Shown: in pieces, positions 1 to 10,513 of the stretch
Position numbering within the stretch: the stretch's first letter is position 1
How the letters are laid out: every line of letters begins with the position of its first letter
Assembly (NCBI GenBank): GCA_918797485.1
Contig: CAKKNE010000003.1
Span: forward strand, 1,054,001 to 1,118,000
Direction of reading: 5' to 3'
From: Pelagomonas calceolata
Lineage: Eukaryota
DNA length: 64,000 nt
Position numbers and translations under genes: made by a program
The notes under the pieces: generated by a model
Told to the model about the DNA's origin: nothing
Databases searched by the model: none
The model's input: only the letters and a program-made list of their open reading frames with translations

Positions 1-227
1 GCGCGCGCCCGTCTTTTTTGATAGATCTTTTGCGTAAGAGGGCCATTGTTGACTTTTTTGGTGCCGCTGCGATGGCGTGGCGGAGCTAGGACGGCGTCTA
101 AGCGCGTAGAGAGAAGTCCCGGAAAACCCGTTTTTTTACTGAGACGCCGACCGCGCTCCTCGACTGCTCCTTTGCGTCGCGGCGGCGCGCGTCCGGGCTC
201 ATGCCCGGCTAGCGAGTAATTTAAAGC

Positions 228-872
228 TTACGCAGAAGCGGCGGCGGCGCGCCGTTCTTCCCGTCGCTTCTTCTTGCGCTGGAACTTCTCCTTGCGCGCC
301 GCGATCTGCGCGTCCGACAGGGGCTTGGCCTTTTTGCGGGCCTTGGCCTGGGCGCGCCGGCGCTCCTTCGCGCGCGCGGCCTTGGCGTCGCGCCGCGCCT
401 TCTGCGCGTCCGTCAACTCGGCCTCGCGGAGGCCCTTGCGCGCCGCCTTGATCGCGCGGAGTTCTCTTTTGACGGCCTTTTGGTAGGCCTTCCCGCGCAT
501 GAACTCGTCGGCCGCCGTGCGCGTAGTAAATGGTGCCGTTTCCGGGCACAAGGTCACCTGGTAGACGGTCGCGCCCTTCTTTGTGGTCCGCTCCACGACG
601 GCCTCGAAGGCCTCATCGTCCGAGTCCGACGCGTCTTCATTGACGTCTTCGTCGTCGTCGTCGTCGTCGCCGCCGTCCACACCGGCCTTGCGCCGCGCCG
701 CGCCGAGCTCGGCGAGCGCGGCGGCGTACTCGCCCGCGTCGTCATCGTCCGACGACAACGCCTCGTCGTCCACGTCTGACGCTTCCAGCTCCTCATCGAC
801 GTCAGAGAACTCGTCGCCGCTGTCATCCTCCTGCTGCATGCGGCGGCGCTCCGCGCGCGGTCGCTTCGCCAT
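228..872 (-). CDS. Hypothetical protein with acidic tracts and a basic C-terminus (nucleolar-like)
   Basis: ORF from ATG 872 (MAKRPRAERR), poly-D/E tracts, K/R-rich tail, GC-rich codon usage. Confidence 0.7.
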   Translation of the reverse strand: MAKRPRAERRRMQQEDDSGDEFSDVDEELEASDVDDEALSSDDDDAGEYAAALAELGAARRKAGVDGGDDDDDDEDVNEDASDSDDEAFEAVVERTTKKGATVYQVTLCPETAPFTTRTAADEFMRGKAYQKAVKRELRAIKAARKGLREAELTDAQKARRDAKAARAKERRRAQAKARKKAKPLSDAQIAARKEKFQRKKKRREERRAAAASA

Positions 873-1031
873 CGTTGTGTCGCACGCACTGAGCGTGTTG
901 AGCGATGTCTCAGCGCGTACGCGTTGAGCGCGTGAGCGATGTGTTGCAGCAGCGCGCACAGCTGCTGGCGACTGCTATGAGCACTTATAGCACTTATAAA
1001 CGCCGAGCTCGCTCTGCAGCACAATGGCTTG

Positions 1032-1053
1032 CTAGTGTCTTACAGGACGCTAG
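1032..1053. promoter_or_regulatory. CTAG-flanked upstream motif
   Basis: CTAGTGTCTTACAGGACGCTAG in a divergent intergenic region. Confidence 0.65.
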
Positions 1054-1398
1054 CTTGGCTTTTCACGATCACGCCGGCTCTAGTTATCATCAGACGCGCT
1101 ATTCTCAACGGCGCGCGGTGTCATATTGCCTCCTCACTGTACTTCCAATTTCTCGCGCTCGCACACAGTTTCAGAGGCCCTACAACAAAAATGGCTAAGT
1201 CAACCAAGCGCCTGTCATCCCTAAGGAGAGAAACAGGTAGTTCAGATGGAGCTTAGAAAAAGGAAACGACCGGAACGTTATGAATCGCCGCTCAAACTCC
1301 CCAACGTAGACGTCCACGGCATCCTCTTCGCCCTCGTCGCGGTCGTCTTCGTCGTGTACCCGTTAGCGCAGTGGGCCCTCGGCCGCTGAATCGAGGCG

Positions 1399-2511
1399 AT
1401 GTTGCACGCGACACTAGCGCTGGTCGCGGCCGCGGCAACGGCGGCGCGTACCGACCCGACCGAGATCCTCTCGATCCACGGCCTCGCCCACTCGGGAACG
1501 ACAATCGTCGGCAAGACGCTTAAAGAGGCGCACAAGGCGTGCTGGGTCGGCCGAAGCTTTTTCCACGAGGCGCAGTGGTGCCAGGACGTCTATCCGGCGT
1601 GGCGACCGCGCGACGGCCCGCTCAACGCGCGTACGTGCGCGAACCATACCGCATGGGCGCGTGCGACGAGCCCGACTGCAAAACGCGACGCGATCAACGA
1701 GCTCGCCTCGACGGCTCGAAAAGCCGCCCTCGTCGGCCGCGCGCTCCTCGATAGGTGGCGGTCCCACGCAACGCGCCCAAGAGAGTGCGCGACGTGGGTC
1801 GCCAAGGACCCGCGCATCGACACGGTCGCGTTCCTCCCGCGCGTGCTCGGCGCGAACGGTGTGCGGACGACGACGGTGCTCGTGATGCGGCACCCGTGGC
1901 TCCGGTGTGGAGACAACATCGCGTCGATGGCGTGGGTGCCCGAGATTTGATTTCCACGTAGGTGGGCGCCTACGTACCAAAGCGAGCAATCCGGCGCCTC
2001 CCCACCCTTCGGCGGCGCGGCGCGTCGATGGCGCGGGCGGCGCACGTCACCGGCGGAGGCAGACACGTTGCGCTTCTGGCTCGACGTTTGGCTCGACGCC
2101 TTCAGAGCGGCGCTGTCGTTGGAGCGCTGGGGGCTACAGCGCATGGAAGACGTGTTACTCGCCGCGCCCGGGCGGCGGCGCTTACGAATTCACGGGTCAA
2201 AGGTCGATCCCGAGCGCGCCTACGCCTACGCCAACGGTACCACCTTCGCCGCCGTAGAGGGCGCCGCCTTCGTTAGACGTACCTTCGGCTACGACCTCGC
2301 GAATCCACCGGCGACGCCGCGTCACGAGGGCTACTGGTTCTCCGTGGGAATCGACGCTCAGGATCGGTTGCCGCCCGCCGGCCTCGTTCCCGCGTGGCCA
2401 TCGATGCGACCGGCACCTCCTGCGCGGACCGCGTATCGGGTCAACTGCGTCGCCTGCGCGGAGCCGCACTGCCTCCAGAAACCTCGTCGCGCTCGTCGCC
2501 GCCCGGGATGA
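1399..2511 (+). CDS. Secreted sulfotransferase-like protein, 2 exons (intron about 1896-1961)
   Basis: Signal peptide MLHATLALVAAA; GLAHSGTT PAPS-binding-like loop; KDP and VMRHP motifs; removing the intron joins ORF 1399 in frame to the 2068 ORF. Confidence 0.6.
1896..1961 (+). mobile_element. Introner-element-derived intron (donor at 1896 or 1905)
   Basis: CGGTGTGGAGAC start, internal TCGATGGCGTGG, end TTGATTTCCACGTAG; decayed duplication GTGGCTC / GTGGGCGC. Confidence 0.75.
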
Positions 2512-2629
2512 TCGCGGGGTAGTAAATACAGGTAGGTCTCTCATGGTGGCTACGGAAGCTGTCGGCGAAAATCGACAAAACCCGTTTTTGCCCGATGCGA
2601 ACCTCCCGCGCTAGTTGTAGGAAGCGTAG

Positions 2630-2649
2630 CTAGCGGTGTAAGACACTAG
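2630..2649. promoter_or_regulatory. CTAG-flanked upstream motif (reverse)
   Basis: CTAGCGGTGTAAGACACTAG, 185 bp before the TPP2 ATG. Confidence 0.65.
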
Positions 2650-2833
2650 CAAGCTGCTCTTATCGCGGTCCTGCCGCGCGCTCTCTGGGCCTGCGCACTG
2701 CACACGCTTAGGCGTGCTGATAGCGCGTGTACCAGTAGCCCGCTGTACAGCGCTTGTGGCGTCTGCTTGCATTATTGCAGGGGAAGACGCCTACACCTCG
2801 ACCAGGGGAGCAGCTGGATAGGGCGCTCGGCGC

Positions 2834-5800
2834 ATGAAAGCAGCCACCACAATGCTCCTGCTCACCACTTCCGCGCGCGCACTGCGCCCGGCGGCGCGGC
2901 GGCTCCGCTACCGCCGCTTCCACTACCAGAGCGGCGGTAAAAGTTCGGCTGGCACGGCGGCGGCGGCCGTCGGCTGCTTCGCGGCCAGCGCGGCGTACGC
3001 CCTCGGCGACGAGGCAGAAGACGGCGCCTGGGCGGGCGTTCTCGACACAAAAACTACGGGCGCGGCCGCGCTGAAGCAGCGCGTGCCCGAGGGCGACGGC
3101 CGGGGCATTGTGGTGGCCATTCTCGACACGGGCGTCGACCCCGCGGCGGCGGGCCTCCAGACGACGACGACCGGCGCGCCGAAGATGCTCGACGTCCTCG
3201 ACGCGACGGGCGCGGGAGACGTGGACGTGAACGCGACGGTGACGCCCGACGCCGACGGCTGGCTCACGAACCCGGCGACGGGCCGCAAGCTCCGCGTCGA
3301 CGCGACGGCCTGGACCGTCTAGAGCCGTGCAGAATTTCACCCAAGGGAGCCTTCTGCTCGATGGCGTGGCGCTGTGCTCGGCTTAGACTCAACGGTCGAT
3401 CTCTACGCAGGTCGATGGCAAGCGGTGCGAAGGGCCAAAGGACGGCGCCTACCGCGTCGGCGGCAAGCGCACAGCTTCATTGTTCCCCGCGCCGTTACTA
3501 AGGCGGCTCAAGGCCGAGGCCCAGCGCTTGGATGATGAGAATTATGAACCGCTCCGGGCCGCGCTCGCGGCGCAGGCCTCGGAAGGCGACGAGGCCGCCG
3601 CGCGCCTCGAGGCCTTCGACGCCGCGCGCAAGGCCCTCAAGCCGACGGACAGCAGCGTCGCGCCTTTATTAGATGTGATCACGTGGCGCGACGGCGCCAC
3701 GGACGCGTGGCGCTGCGTGGCCGTCGACGGCTCCGCGCAAAACGATTTGGTCGCGCACCCGCCGCGCGTCCTCGGCGACTTCGGTGAAGCGACGAAGGCC
3801 GGCGAGACGAGCTCCCGGTACACGTGCTTCGGCGCCGACGACATGCAATTGACACTTTCAGCCTCGTCCCCGGACGCCTTCTCCGAGGAGAACACGTGCT
3901 CGCTCGTCGTCGCGGGCGGCGACCACGGCACGCACGTCGCGGGCATCGTCGGCGCGCACAACGGCCGGGACCGCGACGACGGCGTCGCGCCGGGCTGCCA
4001 GCTCGTCTCGATCAAGATCGGCGACTCGCGCGTCGGCACCATGGAGACGGGGTCGTCGCTGCGGCGCGCGCTCGTCGCGGCGCGGCGGTTGAAAGTAGAC
4101 GTCGTGAATCTGTCGTATGGCGAGGCCGCGCGGCTCTGCAACACGGGGCGCTTCGCCGAGCTCAGCGAAAGATTGGTGAGAGGCCACGCGGACCACGGCA
4201 CCATATTTATCTCGAGCGCGGGGAACAACGGGCCGGCTCTCACGACAGTGGGTGCGCCCGGCGCGTCGGTAGATGCGTTGATCTCGGTCGGAGCCTACGT
4301 CAACGGGAACATGTGTGATAATCTCTACGGCATGCGCGCGCCGGCGGCGAACGCCGGCGGGCCCGAGAGCGCGACGCACGGCGGCGTCATGTACTCGTTC
4401 TCGTCGCGGGGCCCCGCGACGGACGGCGGCTGCGGCGTCAACGTCGCGGCGCCGGGCGGCGCCGTCGCGTCTGTACCTAGATACTCGCTCCAGCCCCAGC
4501 GGCTCATGCACGGCACGTCGATGGCGGCGCCGAACGCCGCCGGCGCCGTCGCGTGTCTCTTGAGCGCGGCGAAGGCGGCCGGTAAAAACCCGGCGCCCGA
4601 CGCCGTCAAGCGCGTCCTCGAGGCGACGGCGAAGCCGCTGCCCGGCGTGGCGCAGTGTAACCAGGGTCAAGGCCTGGTCGACGTCGACGCGGCGATGACG
4701 AGCTTGGGCGAGATCGATGAGCTTGACGTGCGCTTCGAGGTGCGCGTGCCGTCGCGGGCGGCGGGCGCCGGCGCGCCGGGCGCGCGCGGCATTTATCTGC
4801 GGGAGCGCTGGGAGACGACGGCGCCGCGCGAGGTCGCCGTGACGGTGACCCCCAAATTCCAGGGCGACGACGACGTGGCCGCGGAGCGCAAGGGCTTGTT
4901 TAGGAGGGATGTGCGATTAGAAGCGACGGCGCCGTGGTTGTCTGTGGGGAAAGGAGTCGTTGTTACAAGAGGCGGCAAGGCGTTCACGATCCGGATCGAC
5001 CCTTGTGCTGCCGGTCCGGAGGGCGCGGGGCCCTTTTGTGGGGAGGTGCTGGGCTTCGACGACGCCGCGCCTGGGGCGCCGCCGCTCTTCCGCGTGCCCG
5101 TGGCGGTCGTGCGGCCCAAGGCCGTCGAGGGCGATTCGGTTGCGCTGACGCTGCCGCCTTCTTTCCAGGCGGGCGACATCTCTAGGAATTTTGTGACGCC
5201 TCCCGACGGCGCGGCGTCGGCGACGGTTGAGGTGACGTGCGATGGCGACGGTTTGGGGCGGAGGCTGGTCCACGTGCAGACCGTGCAATTATTACCGCAG
5301 GAGGCCATGGAGGCGGGCTGGAGCAAGCGCCGCGCTTATGTCCACGACAGTGCATAAATCAAATTGTCGCGACGCGTCCCCACCACGGCTCAATCATGAC
5401 CTCCACGCCATCGACGCGATGTACCCAACTCACTGGTTGATTTGCGCACAGGCTAACGATGGAGAGAGCTGCGTGTACGACGCCGGCCGCGTGACGCCGG
5501 GGCGGACGATGGAGGTCTGCGTCGCCCAGGACTGGGGCTCGCTGGAAGGCGCGAAGCTTGACGCGACGGTCAAGTTCCAGCCGGGCTGCTCTTCGCTCGA
5601 GTCCGTGGCTTTGAGGGGCACGCGCTCTGTGACCACGATCCCGCTCGAGGCGCCGGCCTGGGCGCGCGGCCCCGTCGTCGCCTCGCCCAAGCTCAAGCTG
5701 ACGCGCTGGCGCCGCGCGCTGCGGCCCACGAAGTCCGAGGTGACGGCGTTGACTGGTGCCCGCGACGCCTGGCCCGACACCGGCAAGCCGTGCTACGCCC

Positions 5801-7242
5801 TTAAGCTCGAGTACGAGTTCACGGCGCCGAAATCCGGCGCCACTGCTGGCGGCACGCGCTTCCTCTTCGCGGGCGACGAGAACGTTTATGATGCGGCGTT
5901 TGATGGAGCCTTCGCCGAGGTCATTGAGAAAGATACGGGCAAGATCATCGGCGCACGCGACTGCCGCGTCTCCGGCAAGATAGGCCCTCTGAAGCCGGGC
6001 GCGAAGTACGTCGTCAACTTCCTGGTGCAGCACGAGGATCCTGCTCGCTTAGAAAGTATTCGGGACGGCGAGTGCTGGCTCGACTCGGAGCTGAGCAAGG
6101 CCATCGACGTGCCGGTCTACGGCACGGCGCAGGCCGCCTACGCCCGCGACAACAGCTCCTCGTTTAAGGACGTTCGGCTCGCGCCCGGCGATGCCAAGGT
6201 GGCTTTCGCGGCGCCGCCGGACGAAAGTAAATTACCGAGCGAGGCGGCGCCCGGCGATATTTTGACAGGAACCGCCGGCCTCTGCCGCTCGGCCGCCAAC
6301 TCCGAGGGACCGTCTAGAAGACCTGCTGCGGGCCTGCTCTACACTGTGCCGCCGCGCTCCAACAAGACCGCGAAGAAGGATTCGAAGAAGGCGACGGCGC
6401 CGGCGAAGGCCGCGCCGACGCCCGAGGCGGCGGCGCGCGCCCGCGACTTGTTGGGAGCCGCGGGGGCCGCGCTCGACGACAAAGCGGCCATCGCGCTCGC
6501 AGACAAAGCCGCAGCGAATTACGTCGCGCAGCTCGAGAAGGGCTCGATGGAGGACGCTGCGGCCGCGGCGCTCCGGGAAGCCGTGGTGAAGTATGACTCT
6601 AACCGTACTACGGCATGTGCGCAAGCGGCGCTCTCGCGGGCGGCCTCGGCCGCGGCGCCGGGCTGGGAAGGCAAGAACGGCACGGCGGCGATCGCGAACG
6701 CGACCGCGGCCGGCCCAGTCGAGGCGGCGGCGGCCGATTTGGTGAAAGTTTTGGACGTAGACGCTATCAAGGCCGCGCGGGCGACGCGGGACATCGACGA
6801 CACGTCCTTCGGCAACGACACGGCGGCGAAGGACGCCGCGCAAGCTTTACGCAAGAAGGCGAACGAAGACTACGCCGCGCTCCTCGCCGCGAAGCGCTGG
6901 ACCGCCGAAGCTGCCCTCGCGAAGGGCGACGCGGCCGCCTTCGAGGCCGCGATGCGGTCGCTGGACGAGTGGGTCGACACGGCCAAGTCGACCGCGGCCG
7001 ACGCCCGTTTACGCGCGCATCGCTTCGGCCTGCGCGGCCAGCCGGGCCTCGCCGTGCGCGACCTCGGCGTCTGGCTGGACGCAGACGCGAAGAAGAAGAG
7101 CGGGGCCGCCGCCGCGGCGGAGGTCGCGGCGCTGCGCGAGCTCCGGCGCGACCTCATGGCGGGCCTCGGCTGGGAGCGCCTCGCCGCAGCCGAGACGAAG
7201 AAGATCCTAGACGACTACCCGAACCGCGTGGGCGCTATCTAA
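2834..7242 (+). CDS. TPP2: Tripeptidyl-peptidase II (subtilase S8), 3 exons (introns 3317-3410 and 5340-5451)
   Basis: Catalytic motifs ILDTGVD, HGTHVAG and GTSMAAP; SSAGNNGP; both introns are phase 0 and join the three ORFs. Confidence 0.92.
3317..3410 (+). mobile_element. Introner-element-derived intron, diverged
   Basis: GT-AG; TSD GTCTAGAG vs GTCGATGG (5/8); imperfect TIR CCGTGCAGAA / TCTACGCAG; core CTCGATGGCGTGG. Confidence 0.75.
5340..5451 (+). mobile_element. Introner-element-derived intron
   Basis: TSD GTCCACGA vs GCTAACGA (5/8); TIR CAGTGCATAAATCAA / TTGATTTGCGCACAG; core CCACGCCATCGACGCGA. Confidence 0.88.
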
Positions 7243-7267
7243 CCGAAGTACTAACTATAGATAATAA

Positions 7268-9106
7268 TTAAACCGCGGCGTCGTCGAGGTCGAGCGGCTC
7301 CGCAACGGAGGCAAACGTCTGCACATCGATCAAGAGCACATGGCGAAAAGGTAGGCCGCCCGGCAGGGCGAGCTCGAGCGTGCGCGACGGAACGTGGAAG
7401 CAGACCCGATCTAGAACCTGGACCTCCGCGCCGTCGGCCTCTTCGCAGAACTCGTAGAGCAAGCTCACGCGCGCGCCCTCTTCGTCGACTTCCCAGGCGC
7501 CGTCGGCCTTTTGAGCGGCGGCGAGGGCGGCCGCGTCGCGGAGCAACAGCGCGCCCAACGCCGGCTCGTGGACGCCGCCGCGCGGCGCCGCCAAGTCTGC
7601 TTTCGGAGCTACATTCCATCGCACGCACCTTACCGGCGGCAGCGACCTTGCGAACGCGAGGCGCGGCGCCGCCTTGCACCAGCCGCGCTGTAAAACGAGC
7701 TCAACCAGCAACTGCGCCGCCATATTCCGCACTATCGGGTGCTCCGCCATCTCGCTCACAACGGCGTCGAGCGCGCCGGCAGCGGCATCGCCGGCCGCAG
7801 CGACAAGGGCCACGACTGTCGCGATCGTGGTCTTCGGAAAGGCGTATCCCGCGTCGACCGGCGCCGCGGCAGTCGCCCGAAGCTCCGGGTCCATCGGGAG
7901 AGGGAAAGAGCGCACGAGCAGCTGCCCCAAAATCCGACGAAAGTCGTCGCGACGGTCGCGGCGCGCACGCTTGGCGCGGAAGCGAGCTGCTGGCGCCGGC
8001 GTGAACTCAGGGGCGCCGCGCGCCCACGCCACCCGCAGCACCTCCTCGCCGGCTTCCGCCGCGACCGGGATCCCGACCCACCCCACGGCACGCAACAATT
8101 TGCGCTGCGCCCATCCATCAAACGGCCACTCCTCAGCGAGGAGCGCGTCCAGCGAGCCGCACCGCGTGAGCGCGTGCTCGGTTAGCAGCCGGCCGCCCGG
8201 AGCGACGCACGGCGCGAGCGCTAATAAAACGTTCCAGAGACCGGCGTAGTCCGCGGTATTCGAGGCGTCGACAGCATCGTAGCCGCGCCGCCGGAACGCG
8301 GGAGGGCGCCTGAGCGCGTCCACGGAGGAGATCACAAACGAAGCACGCGCTGCCGCGGCGCCGAGTTTCGCAAACTCGTCGACGCACACGCTCAGGAACG
8401 CCTCGGACTCGATCGCGAGCCCGGCGCAGCGCGCGAAGGCGTGCGCGGGGCCCTGCGTCTCGCGGTAGGCCAACGACGCGTCGACCACCGACTCGTCGAG
8501 CAGCGTCGTATTCGGGCGGCCGCCCTTGCGCCGCTTCTTGCCGCCGGGTCCCACGACGCCGTAGGCGAACCAAGCCTGAGATGCTTTGCTCCCGCCGCGG
8601 CCGACGCCGGCGCCTTCGACGGCCAACGCAGCGGCGCGGGCGTGCTCGTGCTCTGTCGCATCCAGGCGCTCGTCGAGCCAGGCGGAGGCACAGCGTTGAA
8701 TTTCGGCGCGCGAGCCCTTGCGGACGCGCACGCCGGCGTCGTCGTTCACGCCCAGGGCGATCGCCTGCAGCTCCCGCGTGACGAGCGCGGCGCTCTTGCC
8801 GTCGAGCCACGCATCCGACCACAGCTGCCGCGCAGCCTCGGTCTCGCCTTTTCGCAGCAGGCGTAATAATATGACGTTGCGCGTGGCGACGCAGGGGTTC
8901 GCGTCGTTTAGGGTTATTTCGACGTCGCCGCCCCATGCGGCAGCAGTCGCCAACGCGTTGCGGCAGTCGCCGCTGCAGGCGTAGAGGACGCGTCGTCCTC
9001 CATTCGTCTGGGGCAGCGGGCGCGCATGCGTATTGCCTATTAAAAAGCTTGACATGCATTCATCGTGCAGCTTGCGCCTTGCCAGCGGCCAGCGCTGCGC
9101 TGCCAT
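7268..9106 (-). CDS. DUF4470-like domain protein
   Basis: IGNT...LYACSGDCRN...ITLND...ATRNVILL pattern, plus a YDAVDASNTADY methyltransferase-like motif. Confidence 0.65.
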   Translation of the reverse strand: MAAQRWPLARRKLHDECMSSFLIGNTHARPLPQTNGGRRVLYACSGDCRNALATAAAWGGDVEITLNDANPCVATRNVILLRLLRKGETEAARQLWSDAWLDGKSAALVTRELQAIALGVNDDAGVRVRKGSRAEIQRCASAWLDERLDATEHEHARAAALAVEGAGVGRGGSKASQAWFAYGVVGPGGKKRRKGGRPNTTLLDESVVDASLAYRETQGPAHAFARCAGLAIESEAFLSVCVDEFAKLGAAAARASFVISSVDALRRPPAFRRRGYDAVDASNTADYAGLWNVLLALAPCVAPGGRLLTEHALTRCGSLDALLAEEWPFDGWAQRKLLRAVGWVGIPVAAEAGEEVLRVAWARGAPEFTPAPAARFRAKRARRDRRDDFRRILGQLLVRSFPLPMDPELRATAAAPVDAGYAFPKTTIATVVALVAAAGDAAAGALDAVVSEMAEHPIVRNMAAQLLVELVLQRGWCKAAPRLAFARSLPPVRCVRWNVAPKADLAAPRGGVHEPALGALLLRDAAALAAAQKADGAWEVDEEGARVSLLYEFCEEADGAEVQVLDRVCFHVPSRTLELALPGGLPFRHVLLIDVQTFASVAEPLDLDDAAV

Positions 9107-9182
9107 TGCTTTTCAGTATGCTTGCAGAGATGCAGCGGTGCACGCAGCGATGCTTTCAGCGTACAGCCGGGCCTCCAGCGTA

Positions 9183-9245
9183 CAGCGGTGCTCCAGCGGT
9201 GCTCCAGCGGTGCTCCAGCGGTGCTCCAGCGGTGCTCCAGCGGTG
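9183..9245. repeat. Minisatellite (CTCCAGCGGTG)x5 plus a partial copy
   Basis: Five perfect 11-bp copies at 9191-9245. Confidence 0.97.
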
Positions 9246-9314
9246 CGTGCTGCGTGCGCCTCTTGCTCGCGCGCGCGTATGCGCGAGTTATACGACCGCG
9301 CGCCGCAAGCGGGG

Positions 9315-9336
9315 CTAGCGGCATGTAAGACACTAG
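9315..9336. promoter_or_regulatory. CTAG-flanked upstream motif (reverse)
   Basis: CTAGCGGCATGTAAGACACTAG in a divergent intergenic region. Confidence 0.65.
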
Positions 9337-9467
9337 GAACCGCCCCCGGCACCACCTGATTTTGCCCAAGCCAGGTTAGCGAGCGACCATTGGCTGTGTT
9401 CACAAGCCGCTATTGCTCACCGTGACCGCTGCCCTCGCTCGCTTTTGATCGCTGAGGGTCAAGAGCT

Positions 9468-10484
9468 ATGCTGCGGCGAGCACTGCTAATTGGCCTCGCC
9501 GCGCATGCAGCAGCGGAGGTGCGCGTGCGAGCGCTGCCGCAGGATCTCGTCGAGGTCGTGGTCGGCGCGACGACGCGCGTTCCGCATGACACGAATAACA
9601 CTGACCGCGTCGTCACGACGCGCGGCCGCTGGGACGTGCGCTGGGGAGCAGGAGGCTTTGCTCAGGGCTCGTTTGCCGACGGGATTGATGAAGAGGGCGC
9701 CTGGCATCTCGTCGACCCAACCACACCCCTCTCGGTGGCCGACCTCGCCGCCTTCCGGCTGCGCTGCCCGCCGAACTCGGCCTTCTCAAGGCTCGGCGAC
9801 GGCGTCGTGCTCGGCGCGCGCTACGCGTCGCTCCTGGCGGCGCGGAAAGCCGGCGCGGAAGCGCGCACGGCGACTATCGTCGCAAAGCGCGCCGCTTTCC
9901 TAGACACGCCCCTGCGCGAGGCCGTCGCGGCGGTCGTGAACGACACAGAAACGCGGCGGCCCGCGCCGGTCCGCGTGACCCTGCACGCGGCGATCCGCGA
10001 CCGGACCGGCGGCGCGCTCGTCTACCACGTGGCGAGCGACCGCGCGACCGCCCTCACGCTCCACATGACGGTGCCCGGCGCGCTCGAGCCGCTGCTCTGG
10101 GAGTCGACGGTTTTGGTGGATGGCGTCTCGACGCCGCTCGTCGACGTTGACTTCCGCGACGACGTCACGGCCTTCCGGATCTCGGCGACATTTACAGTTG
10201 AGGCGCGGGCCGTCGTCAAACTAGCGTACCGGGCGCGCTACCTCGCGTTCGACGAGTGGCCGCCCGACGTGTACCGGGGCGCGGACGTGCCCGCCGGCTT
10301 CATCGCCTACGACGACGCGGCGGGCGACGGCGCGCTGGCCTTTTCGAACGCGTTGCTCGTGCAGACGCCGGAGATGGACCTCTCGATGCCGTTCAACGTC
10401 GCCACTTTGCAAGGGACGCTCGCCGCACTCCACGTCGGGACGGTCCTCGCGGCGCTCGTGCGGCGGAGCGCGCCGATAATGTAA
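9468..10484 (+). CDS. PIGT: GPI transamidase subunit PIG-T/Gpi16-like
   Basis: Signal peptide; EWPPDVYRGADVP and PEMDLSMPFNV motifs; C-terminal TM segment. Confidence 0.8.
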   Translation: MLRRALLIGLAAHAAAEVRVRALPQDLVEVVVGATTRVPHDTNNTDRVVTTRGRWDVRWGAGGFAQGSFADGIDEEGAWHLVDPTTPLSVADLAAFRLRCPPNSAFSRLGDGVVLGARYASLLAARKAGAEARTATIVAKRAAFLDTPLREAVAAVVNDTETRRPAPVRVTLHAAIRDRTGGALVYHVASDRATALTLHMTVPGALEPLLWESTVLVDGVSTPLVDVDFRDDVTAFRISATFTVEARAVVKLAYRARYLAFDEWPPDVYRGADVPAGFIAYDDAAGDGALAFSNALLVQTPEMDLSMPFNVATLQGTLAALHVGTVLAALVRRSAPIM

Positions 10485-10513
10485 CAAATCTTAAACTAGG
10501 GGCCCACATGGAC

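Noticed and set aside
3320..5460. Programmed frameshifts in TPP2, NNT and HSF
   Set aside because: Each frame change is resolved by an in-phase intron
9183..9245. CRISPR-like array
   Set aside because: Contiguous 11-bp repeats with no spacers, in eukaryotic DNA
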